A stretch of 64,000 nucleotides of DNA from Rhizophagus irregularis (taxonomy: Eukaryota): NCBI RefSeq assembly GCF_026210795.1, contig NC_089431.1, positions 992,001 through 1,056,000 of the forward strand, written 5' to 3'. Below, piece by piece: positions 40,727 to 53,250 of this stretch. Every line of letters begins with the position of its first letter. The first letter of the stretch is position 1. Position numbers and translations under genes: made by a program. The notes below the pieces were generated by a model, which did not search any database, was not told where the DNA came from, and saw only the letters and a list, made by a program, of their open reading frames with translations.

Positions 40727-42357
40727 TTACTGTAAACTCTGCGCCTGAGGTGGCAATATAACGAATAATAAAGGAAATTGTCGATACAAAGGGGTATGAG
40801 TTATCAAGGAGAAAGGACTGGGGTTAAGGTAATTTAGAGGTTTTTTGTCGATAACTTATATATAAGATGATGAAATTACAAAGGAGTGAAATAAGGAAGA
40901 GTAAATATTTGTAAAATATGAAAAAATATTAATAAATAAATAAATAAATAGTAAACAAAAAGGAAATTTTTTTTAAAAAAAGGATTTAATAAATTTTGTG
41001 ATTTTTGTGATACATAGATTTTCAATGGATTTTTCCTTATCTGTTATTTATTTTTCCGCAATTTTGATTCGGTTACATATACAAACATACTATATTTTTC
41101 GCCGATTAGCCAAAAATTTATCCGTAATTAAAATTAACTCGTTGCTCTTAATATGACTAATTTAGAAAATTAACTTTCACAACATTTTTTAAAACAGTTG
41201 TATATATATATAACTTATTCAGAGATACGGTTTCTAAATAATAAAATATGCGCCTTAATTAATTTGTAATTATTCAGCCAATAATGTTACAGTTACAGTA
41301 CCTCATGTGATACGAGACGTAATTTAATAAAAGCCGAAAGCCGAACTTGTTACAAAAAAGAAAGATTGTTTGAATTTTTAATAGGAATTAAGAACGCCGT
41401 AAAGAATAATCCTTATTATATTATATTTGTGTATATTATAATAATAATCCAAATAAACAAACTTTAAATTAAATACTTTAAATGTTTTTTTTTGGGCGTT
41501 TTTTTGGGCTCAAATCTACAAGCACTTAATTGGATCTAGTCACTTTTAATTTATTCTTAAGGTCATTTTAAAAATTATGTTCTTTAGAAATTCCTTTTTT
41601 AAAGAAATATCATCAGCTGCAAGATCAGAAACTGATCAGCTCTACATTTGGTCTAAACTCTATGAACTTTGTGTCATAATTTATTGCTATGAAATTATTA
41701 GTATATCAAAATGGGAAAATTTGCATTTACGCCCAGTTGAAAATATATATTATGGAGCTTATATATGAATTCTGGTAACGCAAATTATTTAAAGCAAATG
41801 GCGTTTAACTTTTTTAATTTAATTATGACCTACTTTTGAAAAAACGGAAAAGTTCAGTCTAAAAAAATATAACGAAACTGTTTATACCGAAATAATGTAA
41901 CCGATTTTCTTATAATTAATCATGCTGGATATAACAAATTTATATAATAAAACGCTATATACAATGGAACAGTTATATTAAGTTATACCAAATTATTATG
42001 TACTCGAATTGGATTTTTTTTTTAATTATTAGGACATGGATGTTCTATTTTGCGCCAAATCATCTAATCATCTTTAGCACAGTATTAGACATGAGTACGT
42101 CATTGCAATTATGTATAATGCGTAATCACGTTGCAAAATTGTGATTACATAATACTATAAATATGTGGAATCTTCACGTGATATCGTTTCCACTCGTAAT
42201 ACATATGAATACTGAATACTGATTGACAAGTCAATTTTGTGTAATACGTAAACTCATGGTTATAGTATGAGTCATCGTAAAAACATCCCAAAATAATACT
42301 GATAAATTCAATAAAAGTCCTTTTTCGTTTATTTTCCCCCTCTTCCCTTCTCTCCTC

Positions 42358-43023
42358 CCCTACGAAAAAAAAATGTCCGGAATTTGTCACCAAAACTGTT
42401 CGGAAATTGTCCAGTATTCCTATAAAATGTCTGGAAAATGTCCGAAATTATGAAAAAATATGGTGTCCGGAATTTTTTGAAGTCCGGAATTTGTCCAGAC
42501 ATGAAAAATTCAGGACAAATTTCGGATAGATAAAACTGGACAAATTCTGGACACAAAAAATCCTGGACACATTTTGGACAATCTCTGGACAAAAAAAACT
42601 GGACAAATTCTGGTAGTTAGACGAGAAAAAATTCCAGGCAAATTCTGGACAATAAAAAATCAAAAAATGTAAAAAGCAAAAAACTGGTATTTAAAACCTC
42701 TGTGTGTATACTAAGTAAACTTAAAGAGCAAGCAAAAATACTATCTATGATGTTAATTTAAACTGCTATAAACAAGTATCAGTTAGGTATTTGTATAAAG
42801 GAATATATCATTGAAATCATGACTTGCCGATCATTTCAGAGAAAATTTTTTTTCCGGACAAATTCCAAATCCGGACAAATTTCGGACAAAAATCAATGTC
42901 CGGAAAATGTTCCAAATCTTGCGCGTTTTCGTATGTTTTCAGGACACTCATTTTGTCCGGAATTTGTACAATTATATTCCAGACAATTTCAGAATATTTT
43001 CCGGACGCATTTTTTTCGTAGGG
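42358..43023. mobile_element. CACTA-type (CCCTA-ended) MITE
   Basis: CCCTACGAAAAAAA ... TTTTTTTCGTAGGG; 3-bp TSD CTC; many TCCGGACAAAT-type subterminal repeats. Confidence 0.9.
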
Positions 43024-43663
43024 CTCATATATTTTATTATAATTTTTTTCTCTTTACGTTTAACTGTTTACACGCACAATATGTTAAGTAATTTTTTATT
43101 TGGGTATTTTTGTTGGAACAGCATGATGCTATGCGTTGGGTGGGAGCATAGTGTGCTTACTTTGTAAGCCTGTGAGTACCAGGTTTTCTGCGGTCTTACA
43201 GTAGGGCTGGTTTGTTGTGGTACGGCATGGTGCTATGCGTAATTTTCATGGGAAGAGTATAGTACACTTCTTAGGAAGTCCCTTGTGGTAGGGCCGTAAT
43301 ATTTAAACAAATATAAAATAAAATTAATGAAAAAATGTGATATAAGCACAGTTTGAACATATGGATAATTTTAAGATTAAAGTTATCACTTAGGAATTGG
43401 TTGGAGAGACACACATTAAATATGAGCAGTTCTTGCAAGACATCCTTTACGCCAAGAAGATTACCACATTTAAAAGAGTTGTGCCACTATTCTCAAATGA
43501 ATTCTAATAGAATAGATGGAAACTAATTATCATTAATCCAAATAATGCATAGTTTATATTTGCTTTTCAAAAAAAAATATTATATAATTAACATTTTATT
43601 ATAAGGTAGTAACTCCTATAATTGGGTTTGAAATTTGTTAGTGTTTAATATTTAACATTTATA

Positions 43664-44395
43664 CAGTGCGGTACCTCTATAACCGACCCAATTTTATAGT
43701 CATAATGTGACATTTTCAAAAAGATGTCACATTAGCAAAAAATAATATTTTAAAATTCTAACCGATAATTTTAATAAAGCATATCAAGAGCTTTTAAACT
43801 TATCGGGTTAGATTAAAAAATAATAAATTTTGCTAGTGTTACATAAGTTTGAAGTTCGGGTAATTTATTATGATAGGAAAAATTTGAGAATAAGTGATTT
43901 TTGTGTAACATAAAAAAAAAATAATTATTTGATAGTGCTTATTCAAACAAATCATTTTAGCTTATAAACTTACCCATACTTTATTAAAAAAATTTTGAAA
44001 AAAAATTAAAAAAAACTTTGATAGTTTTTATTTATTACAAATTATATTATGCCTATTTCTCAAAAAGGAATTACAGGAAAACTTGCTAAAAAAATATAAA
44101 TCCCATAGAAAAGTTCCTGATGATATACTTAATCAAATTACTTTTAAATAATTATAATGAATAATAAATTATATATAAAAAATTATTCTAATTAACATTA
44201 AGTATTACATTAGCCAATCAAATTTATTTTAAGTCATGTGATTTTGTATTATGTCAGCAAAAAAAAAATTGAGAAAATTTTTTTATTTGCTTAATGATGT
44301 ATCTTTTTAAAAGCTATCTAATTTTAAAATTTTATAAAATTCTGACCATTAGATCACAAGATATAAGGGGTACCTATTATAGAGGTACCGCACTG
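43664..44395. mobile_element. Tc1/mariner-type MITE
   Basis: TIR CAGTGCGGTACCTCTATAA flanked by TA on both sides. Confidence 0.88.
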
Positions 44396-44938
44396 TAGTA
44401 CAAATAAATTTTTTTTTTTTGAAATTTATTTTTACAATAAGATAAAAAATGACAAATCAGTTTGCCACTGTAATGGGTTTTCTGAAAATACAGTAAAGCC
44501 ACATTGTCAAATAATCACTTTCTAGAAACTTATAGGTTAGTGATTAATTGTAATTATTTTTGTATTAGTTATTACCTCTGTTCCATAAAAAATTTATTTT
44601 TAATGTTCCTGAAGGGAATCATCCAATTTATGAAAATACTTATCATATCAAATCAAATGTTGAAAGAAAAGTTACAAAACCCAAAAATCCTGATAATTGT
44701 AAGTTAAATTCATTAATAATCATATTTTATTGCCCTATAAAAATTAATTGTCCGTAAAATGTAATAGTAAATAATTGATAAATAACGGTCATATAGATGT
44801 CTAGTAATTTAACTATTTTATATATGTATTTTAAACGTTAAATATACGGAAAAATGAGCCCATCCATTTTATGTTTGAAATTTAAATGTAAATTATTTGT
44901 TTATTAAATGTACTATTCTCACTAACCCATTCAATCAG

Positions 44939-47900
44939 TTATTCATCTGTATAATCTACATCCTTATCTATTACATAATAAGTAGTTTTAATCTGAAAAA
45001 ACCCTACATAATGGTCTATAGCAAATGCATCAATGAATTCATGCGCTCCAAATTTTTGAAATGAAATAAGACCTGCACTATCTTCTCTAACATCTGCAGT
45101 CCAATGAATATATGCTAACATATAAGTTACTTTGTCAAATTCGTAAGCAAGATAATATTCAACCTGTCCATAAAATTTTTTCAATACAAATTCTGGTGTT
45201 TTCTGAGGAAATGAAGACCATCTATCCACTTCCATAATTACCTATAAATTTATCATAGCAGATAAGATTAATGATAGCAATTTCATAACATAAATTAATA
45301 TAATAATACATGTACCAAAACTGAGTAATTATTGTGAGCCCAATCTTGATTTTGTCTTGCCCATTTGGATCCAATCTGGTGGCCCTTTTTCGTCTATAGG
45401 CGTCCATATTTCATGCCAAATGAAGAAAAGGACTATGAATTAAAAAAAAATAAATTATTTGATTAAAAAAAAGTCCTTTAAACAAATTTTCACATATAAA
45501 ATTTGAAATTACCATTAACTTTCGGCCTCTAACATTGTGAGTCGTGGAAAAATGCTCTTTAATTTTTTTTTAATTCTGACTGCCTAAGATTATGCCTTTT
45601 TGATGGAGATCGCAATACTTCTTCAGAATCAGGTTGAGAATATGCAAGATTATTTGAATTGTGCTTGACTTCTTGTAAAGGAAATATTGCTGTATGCATA
45701 TTTTGATAAAATTGTAAATGATTGAACATTTCCCATACATGTATATTGTTAATTATATTCTTGTAAGGGTGTAACCGTGAACGAGCTAAAGGAAGTAACA
45801 TTCCACAGACTCTTTCAATCAGAAATTGCCATGTAGCCCAACATGGACCTGTGTTTTCTATACTATCGGCAATATGTAAAAGGTTGTGAAAGCATAATTT
45901 CATTGTACTTAGCCGCTCTTCCAAACTTTGATAATATTCTCTAAAATAAAAAATAAATTAAATATCAAGACTATACTATACAATTTGAAATTAAATTGAT
46001 AATAAACTACTTACTTTTCATAATAATCATAAAAAGACTGAAATAAAAATCTAATATCATTTATATCTTGAGATGTTAATGATAATTTTTGATATAAACG
46101 TACAGCATTAACAAATTTTGCCCATCCTTTGTAATGTTTCTGTGGCATTCTACCTTTCAAAAGAGGCAATGAATACATGGTAATCCAGGCAGCCCATTCT
46201 TTAGCTTTATAACCTTTATGGTATAATACTATATTGCGTGGTGGTCGTCCAAAACAAGTTGGAAACTCTTTTCGTGCTTGATGCATTTCTTTACCGATAA
46301 TCTTCCATTCAGATTGGCTAAGAATATAATCACCAATATTTTGATCACTATTATCATTAAAAAAAGTTCCGGTCCATAATTTGAACATGTAATAGGCAAT
46401 ATTCTCATATATAAGATGCATTAGATCAATCGGAAAAGAATTTGGAAAATGAATTGCTTTAAGGTTAAAGAGTATACTACGCCCTTTTATTCCTTATAAA
46501 TAAATAATTATTAAAATTACTAAAACAATAAAATTTAATTAAGAGTTATATATACCAAATTCAGTTTCTAATTCTTTTCTTTCTCTTTTTGAATTTGCTT
46601 GGTTTAATTGAAAAATTCGATCTTTAAACTGCCTATGAGTTCGCAAAGGTAAATTTTCAGGATCATATCTTTCATATTCATTTTCTTTTTCCATAGGTGG
46701 TTTAGTAGGAAAATACACATGATTTAAGTAAATACCACGAATATCACAAAACCGGCACCCCTTATATGAATTATGGCCAGTTAATTGCATGAGTTTGGTC
46801 AATCCTGGAGTATCACCTGACCATGATAAAATATGGGCATGTAATAAAAATGTTTCATTTTTTAATCTGTCATAGCAATCTATCCCATCTAAAAGTAATA
46901 AAATATAAAATATTACTAAATATTATAAAATCAAAAAATTTAAATCAAAGAAAAATTACCTTCCAGTTCTTTTAATTCTTTAATTATAGGATACATAAAT
47001 GAATTAAAGTCTTTGGGTTCTTTTGGGCCTGGAATAATTGCTGCTATTAAGAGATTTTCTTTTTTAACACGTTCTTCAGGACATATATTGGCATTAATTA
47101 TAAGGACAACCCAGCAATCATCTGTTTTTTGTTGAAAGATTTGGTAGCCATCAACAGAACCCATTAATGCAACATCTCTATCATCTTCAAAATATCCATT
47201 AGATAAAAGTTTTTGGTATCTAGCGCCATCAAATATATCTCCAATTATTCCATCTAAACCAAATCCTTGACGACTTGTATAATTTGCACGATATCTCAAC
47301 TCTTTGGAACGTTTTGGATCTTGATATTGAATTCTAAGATGGTCTTTAATGGAAAAAAAGGCCATTTGTTGTCGTGAAACATGTTTTCTAGTCTGAAATC
47401 TTGATGTTTGACAATATTCACAAAAATCATTGTCTTTATACTTTCCTGTATAAGCGCAACAAGAGTTGATACAAGTATCTACCCATGTAGGTTTTATTGG
47501 AACAATTGATTCTAGTGTTTTTTAAACTTGAAATAAACTAATATCATTACCATTAACTGCTACCATGGTTTGATGAAATGCATTATCCGTTAAGTTACAC
47601 TGAGATTTAACTTGAAATAATCTTAAAGCACAAGTTAATTCTTCAGTTAATTGTATCTCTCCTTTAAAATCTAAATTAAATAAATGAATTAGATTTGAGT
47701 AAATATTTCAAATTATTTAATCCTTATATATTTTTTGTACCTGAATTATCTGCAGAAGATTCACTTAATTCAGAAAGTTCATCGATTACATTTGGAGATA
47801 ATTCTTGCTCTACATCAGACTCATCAATATTAAAAAAACAATCATCTCGTCCAGAAGATAAATTTTCCATATTATCCAATAAACTTGATGATTCATTTAA

Positions 47901-48275
47901 TCCATTTTCTTCCGGCCTTTAAAATTGTATTTTAATAAAAATTAAAAATTGAAGTACTAAAATTTATTAAAAAATATACCTATCGACACTTGTAGATATA
48001 ATATTAGCTTCAGAAGCGTTAGAATGCAAAAAATCAATATTTTCATCTTGATCCATAAGCATAGAAGATTCACTTTCAGAACTAGAACGTATATCTGAAA
48101 TACTTAAACTTGAGGTTGTTGAACTTAAAGTTGAGTTTATTTCTGCTGTTTTTTTTTCTTGTTTGCGATGTCTAGTTCTTGTAGATTTTGAAATTAAACA
48201 TCCAACTCCTTCAGTGTCATTTTGACGACATTTTAAACATGTACAAAGAACTTTTTTAGATGTTTGATTTAACAT
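44939..48275 (-). pseudogene. EnSpm/CACTA-family transposase, multi-exon, disabled
   Basis: Motifs CINSCCAY..CEYC, SVDGYQ, IPGPKEPKD, GD.PG..KL..LTGH..YKGCRFC, IDLMH, H.LLHIAD....GP.W..WQF..ER; nonsense TAA at 47522-47524, frameshift ~45560, TAG ~45396. Confidence 0.88.
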
Positions 48276-48529
48276 GTTTAATATAAATTCAATCCAATCG
48301 AAAAAACAAACAATTTGTTAAATAGCTTAATTGTCTTACATATTTATACTTAAATGTATATAATTGACTTAAATGATAAATATTACAATATTATGATGTA
48401 ATACACTTATCTATATATATACCTGATTAACTTTACATTAACTTTTTAAAGATATAAATACGTAAAGTTTAAGTAATTTTTTCAAACTAATTAAAAAACT
48501 ACTAATTAATTATCTTCTTAATTATAAAT

Positions 48530-50085
48530 ATGTCCAAACATATCATTCAAAAATATCCAAAAAAAAATTTACTAAAGAGAGTTCAAAAGAGTTTGATAAT
48601 AAAAGTGACTACAATTCTAACCTTGAAAGTTCAGATAATAATAATGATAATCAAAAAGAAGATATGTTATCAAAAATTTTAACTCGTATTACTGCCTTAG
48701 AAAATGAAAATAAGATATTGAAAGCTGAATTAAAAAATAAATCATCAGTTTCAAGTTCAAGAAATAAAGAAACTTCAAATATTATAAAGTCCAGTTCCAA
48801 TAAATTTATTTAAAAAATGGATAGGGTGGTGCCTAAATTGACGTCCAAAAAGCATGCAGAATCCAGCTTAGAACAATCAAGCTCTGAACAAGAATCAGAT
48901 AGTGATACAGAAGCAGAAGTATATGAAAAAGATATTTTACATAAAGATTGTAAGACTAAAGAAGACGTTTCACATGAAGATTGTATGACTAAAGATGCTT
49001 CACACGAAGGTTGTAAAATTAAAGATGATCTACCAATTCCAAAACCTGTCAACTTTACAAATTTGCATTCAAAATTGAACTTGAAAAAGAATGTATATCA
49101 AAGTTATAAGGTGAATTTAATAAAGTATAATATTAATTATCAAATATTAATTAATTGTTTTTTAATGTGTTTTTTTCTAATTTAGACTGCTTTCTATAAC
49201 CTTGTTGATCGGCATACTTCTGCTGAAGTACAATATAAAAACCTTGATAAAAAAACTAAAGCTGGTATTATTCGCAAGTTTAAGAAAGATAATCCTCATT
49301 TTCCAAATTGCATTGGTGATTGGGCCTTAATATATCTTATGCGTCGTAAAATAAATTTTAATCGTATGTATTATATTACATAATTAATATTTTTACATTT
49401 GTAATAAATATAATTTACTAAATAATGAATTGTTTTTTTATAGGTGATAATATCTGCCGTCAGAATATGAACAAAAGGCGAGCTGTGAAAAATAAACCAG
49501 TTAATAAAAGACGTGCAAAAAATAATGTTATATACGCAAAAACACTTGGCAATAATACTGAAGAGCCTAAAATACAAGATACCTATCAGCAGTCTGAACA
49601 GTCTGAAGAAGATTTTAATAGTGATGACGAAGCAAGAAATTCAGAATGTGAAGATCATGAAAAGCAAAATGATGATGAGTTAGTACTACGTGATTCAACT
49701 AAATTTAATAAATTGGATGACTCTTCTGTGTATGTATAAAATAAATTTATTTGATTAATAATTAACTGGAATAATGGAGATATTTCCTTTAAATATTAGG
49801 AATGTCAAATCAAATCCACGACGAAACAATAGAAATAAAGAATCTATTGAAAAACAGCAAATTGAAAAACAGAACAAATTGCCAAATAAATCTTCAAATT
49901 CGTATGTATCTTTTAAATGTGTAATAAATAATTGATTTTATTAATATTTATTCTGTTAACATTAGAAAATCAACACCGCAGCCAACACTTCGTAGATCTT
50001 CTCGTAAAAAGACAAATGTTGAAAAACGTCCAATTGATGAAGGTAATAATTCAAGCAAACCTGCCAAAAAACGACAATATAAAAG
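48530..50085 (+). pseudogene. Transposon-encoded second gene, multi-exon, function unknown
   Basis: Coiled-coil-like ITALENENKILKAELK, acidic region, conserved exon FKKDNPHFPNCIGDWAL..MRRKINFN; apparent frameshift and stops; lies inside the TIRs. Confidence 0.6.
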
Positions 50086-52003
50086 GAAATAAAAGTCATA
50101 ACTTTTACAATAGGAATTTACTATACATAAATTGACCTTATTATGTAACAATTGCATTTCACATTATGTTTAAACATGTTATTTGAACGTTATTTGTTCA
50201 TTAAATTAGTGCTTATTTATATTTACAATACAACTTACGAATATTCAATATTGCATTAAATAAAATTATGTTTAAATAATAAACAAATAATGATATTTCG
50301 AATAATATATGGTTAAATAACATTTTTTTACATACATTTTACGGAAATTGTGTTTTCATAGGGTTGTTGATCTGATCATTAAATTTCTATACAAAATTAG
50401 TAAATATACTTCTTTGTTTACTTTATTTAATTAAATTAACAGAAACAATAATACTAATATTGTAAGTTTTGGAGTAAACATAAATATGAAATTAAAAAGA
50501 ATAAACCATGGAGTGGTGAGGATATATTTCAAAGATGACCAAAGAAACAACATCTGAATACCTTTTAATATTAGGTTGTGGGACACATCTAATAATGTTA
50601 ATATATGACATGAAAGTTTAGGAGGTTACCAATTTTTCTCTATCTCATGGGTACATGATTACAAGATGACATATAATGAGAGGCCATATATGTGAACTAA
50701 TCAAAAGCAACAATCAATACAAGGTTCTGCAATATTCACCTATTCAGTTGAAAAGAATAGGTCAGATTCAGAAGTTCATATGGATTATAAGGATGATGAT
50801 ACAAATAGAAACAATGAGACAAATGATGAGAATGCAGATGGCATGAGCAGTAATAATCTGTTCTTTATTGTATATTATCAACTGTTTCAATTTTTTGATG
50901 TAATTACATTGTAATACCCCTAAAAATAATTAATTTTTAAAAATTTGTTGAATACCTGTGATTTTTTAAATAATTATCTAGAAAAGGGTTTATTGCCTAT
51001 CCCAATTTGCGCAGTAAAAAGTCATTGTATAAAAATCGTGCAGTTTTTGTTTTATTTTTGTAATAATCATCTAGTTTTTGTTTAGTATTTGTATAATTGA
51101 ATAAAATCACATTTTTTCATAAAATTTAATCATATGATTATTGTAGGCTTTTCATAACATTATTAATATTCTGATATTTAAATTTTATTTTGTAAACTTA
51201 AATGTATGATTATTGTAGATTTTTTATAAAGTTATTAAATTCTAACATTTATTAAATGGAAATTGTACAATTATTTTAATATGGATTTTTGAAATTTGTT
51301 TGAAATTTGTACTATTTAATGATTCGTGCTATTACTAATTACTTTCAGCATTTGAATTTATATAATTATCATTAGGATCATAAAACTATTTTCGCATGAT
51401 TTTAAGAATCTATACATTGATCAATCACTCTCATATCAATAAATTGCTCAACTAGCGTATTTTTGCAATATCTTTGTTATATGGTGAAAATTAATTAATG
51501 GAATATCATATTCTATATGTAAAAAATATGCAAATATAAAATTAGAGAAATATGCTAAAATATAATATCAATATATGATATATATATATAGTTTAGGAAT
51601 CATAAACTTTGTAGCCATGCTCAATTATTAAGGCAATGTATTACTAGACCTACACTAAAGATGACTTTAGCAAGGCTTTCTTTGTGAATTAAAAGAAATT
51701 TCATACACTTTGCCAGCTGGTGGGATAGCTTATGACCTCTAACCTCAAGTCTGTTTATACTAATAAATCCAGAATATTTGCATCGCTAATAAAAAGTATA
51801 GTTAAGGTACTTCGAAGAATCCCTAAAAAGAAAAAAATAAATAAATGAGCAATTAGTAAACATTCATCAAAATTAAAATAAATTACAGCTGAATATACTA
51901 AGAGATATAATCAATATATTAACCAAATTTTACGTGTCTAGATCCATCTAAAGAGCAAATAGTTGTAGGTTCAATATTTGTTAGTTTAGTTCTATTGATG
52001 TAT

Positions 52004-52839
52004 TAGGGATTGGAACCGTCAAAAAAAAAGCTTAACCGGTTAATAACCGGTTAATTAGAGCATCTAACCGGTTAATAGTCGGTTAATTAATCAGTTAATT
52101 AACCAGTTAATTTGTAATGAGGCTAACCGGTTAATAACCGGTTAATATATAAATTTTATATTTTAACGTGTGTTTAGAGTCCTATTTTTTGTATTTTAAC
52201 GCGCGTTTAAAGATAAAATTTTGTGTTTTTAACTAAATAGTATTATTTAAAAGTAATTTCTGGTAAATATTTATATTAAAATGTATACATTAGTAAAAAA
52301 TTACATACAGTATATTGTAATTACTTACTACCCAGTCATGCAGTGGTCACCGGTATCAGCACTAAGTTGAAAAGTTTTTTAATTATATTTTTAGTTCTAT
52401 CCGAAATTCCATTCCAATTCTGATGGCCACTGTAGTATTCAAATTTTTGCATTTTTTCTTATTTAAAATACTATACCCGATCATATGCTGATTTCTGCAT
52501 AAATCAAAGTTATAACTTTAGAATATTTTAACATAAATAATGTTAAATTATAAATATCATATACAATATATTATATTAAAATATAAGATTGCAGGTTTAT
52601 CATCAAATCTATTAGGGTAGGCAAAATTAAAGTTAATGCTAGTAAAGTTAAAGTTAGAAGTTGGCTAGGAATTACTAATTTAGGATGATCTGTATTTTAA
52701 CCGGTTAAGTTAGCCGGTTAATTAGTCAGTTAATTTAACCGGTTAAATTAACCGGTTAACCATTTTTTGAGAGGTCTTAACCGGTTAACCGCCTTAACCG
52801 GTTAATTAACTGGTTAACCTTAACCGGTTCCAATCCCTA
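52004..52839. mobile_element. Non-autonomous hAT element
   Basis: TIR TAGGGATTGGAACCG; TTAACCGGTTAA subterminal repeats; 8-bp TSD TGATGTAT/TGATGTAC; same terminus as the 14530 MITE. Confidence 0.88.
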
Positions 52840-53169
52840 TGATGTACTATTATCAGATTTGTCAATAGTTTCTTGAAAAATTAGTTCGTAATTAGGAAAT
52901 TCTAAGTCTAAAATTTCAGTATTTTTGTCATTTTCTTCATCTTTGCTTGATTCTCGTTTCAAAATCTCAATATCTTCATCATCTTTATCAGATTCTTGCT
53001 CATCAGTACTTGATTTTTGAATATTTCCACTTTGAGAGTATTTTTTTTGATGACGTGTACGTGTTGAAATTGAAACTAAATTTTGGCCTTTGCATTTCAA
53101 ACAATTACAAAAAACTTTTAGTCCTTTGTTACTTTTCTTTTTTTTCTTTTGACGGTTTTTAATAGACAT
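52840..53169 (-). pseudogene. N-terminal exon of an EnSpm-type transposase, interrupted by the hAT insertion
   Basis: KVFCNCLKC...STRTRH matches KVLCTCLKC...STRTRH at 47967-48275. Confidence 0.75.
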
Positions 53170-53250
53170 TTGAATAATTATTAATCGGGATATTAAGAAA
53201 AATTGCTGCTGGTTAAAATATGGTATAAAATCTAATAGTCACACTACATT

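Larger units (their letters stand above)
39240..42080 (+). repeat. Segmental duplication with ~28340-31030; 37180-37680 also matches ~27480-28250
   Basis: Collinear similarity across the methyltransferase and ~1.5 kb of upstream sequence. Confidence 0.85.
44733..50363. mobile_element. Full-length CACTA/EnSpm-type transposon, mutated
   Basis: Ends CCCTAT(A/G)AAAA....TCCGTAAAATGTA; 3-bp TSD TTG; contains a transposase and a divergent second gene. Confidence 0.88.

Noticed and set aside
42329..43167. Several short ORFs
   Set aside because: Arise from MITE subterminal repeats.
43300..44730. Decayed coding-like sequence continuing at 50370-50850, perhaps an old transposase
   Set aside because: Too degenerate to assign without a profile search.
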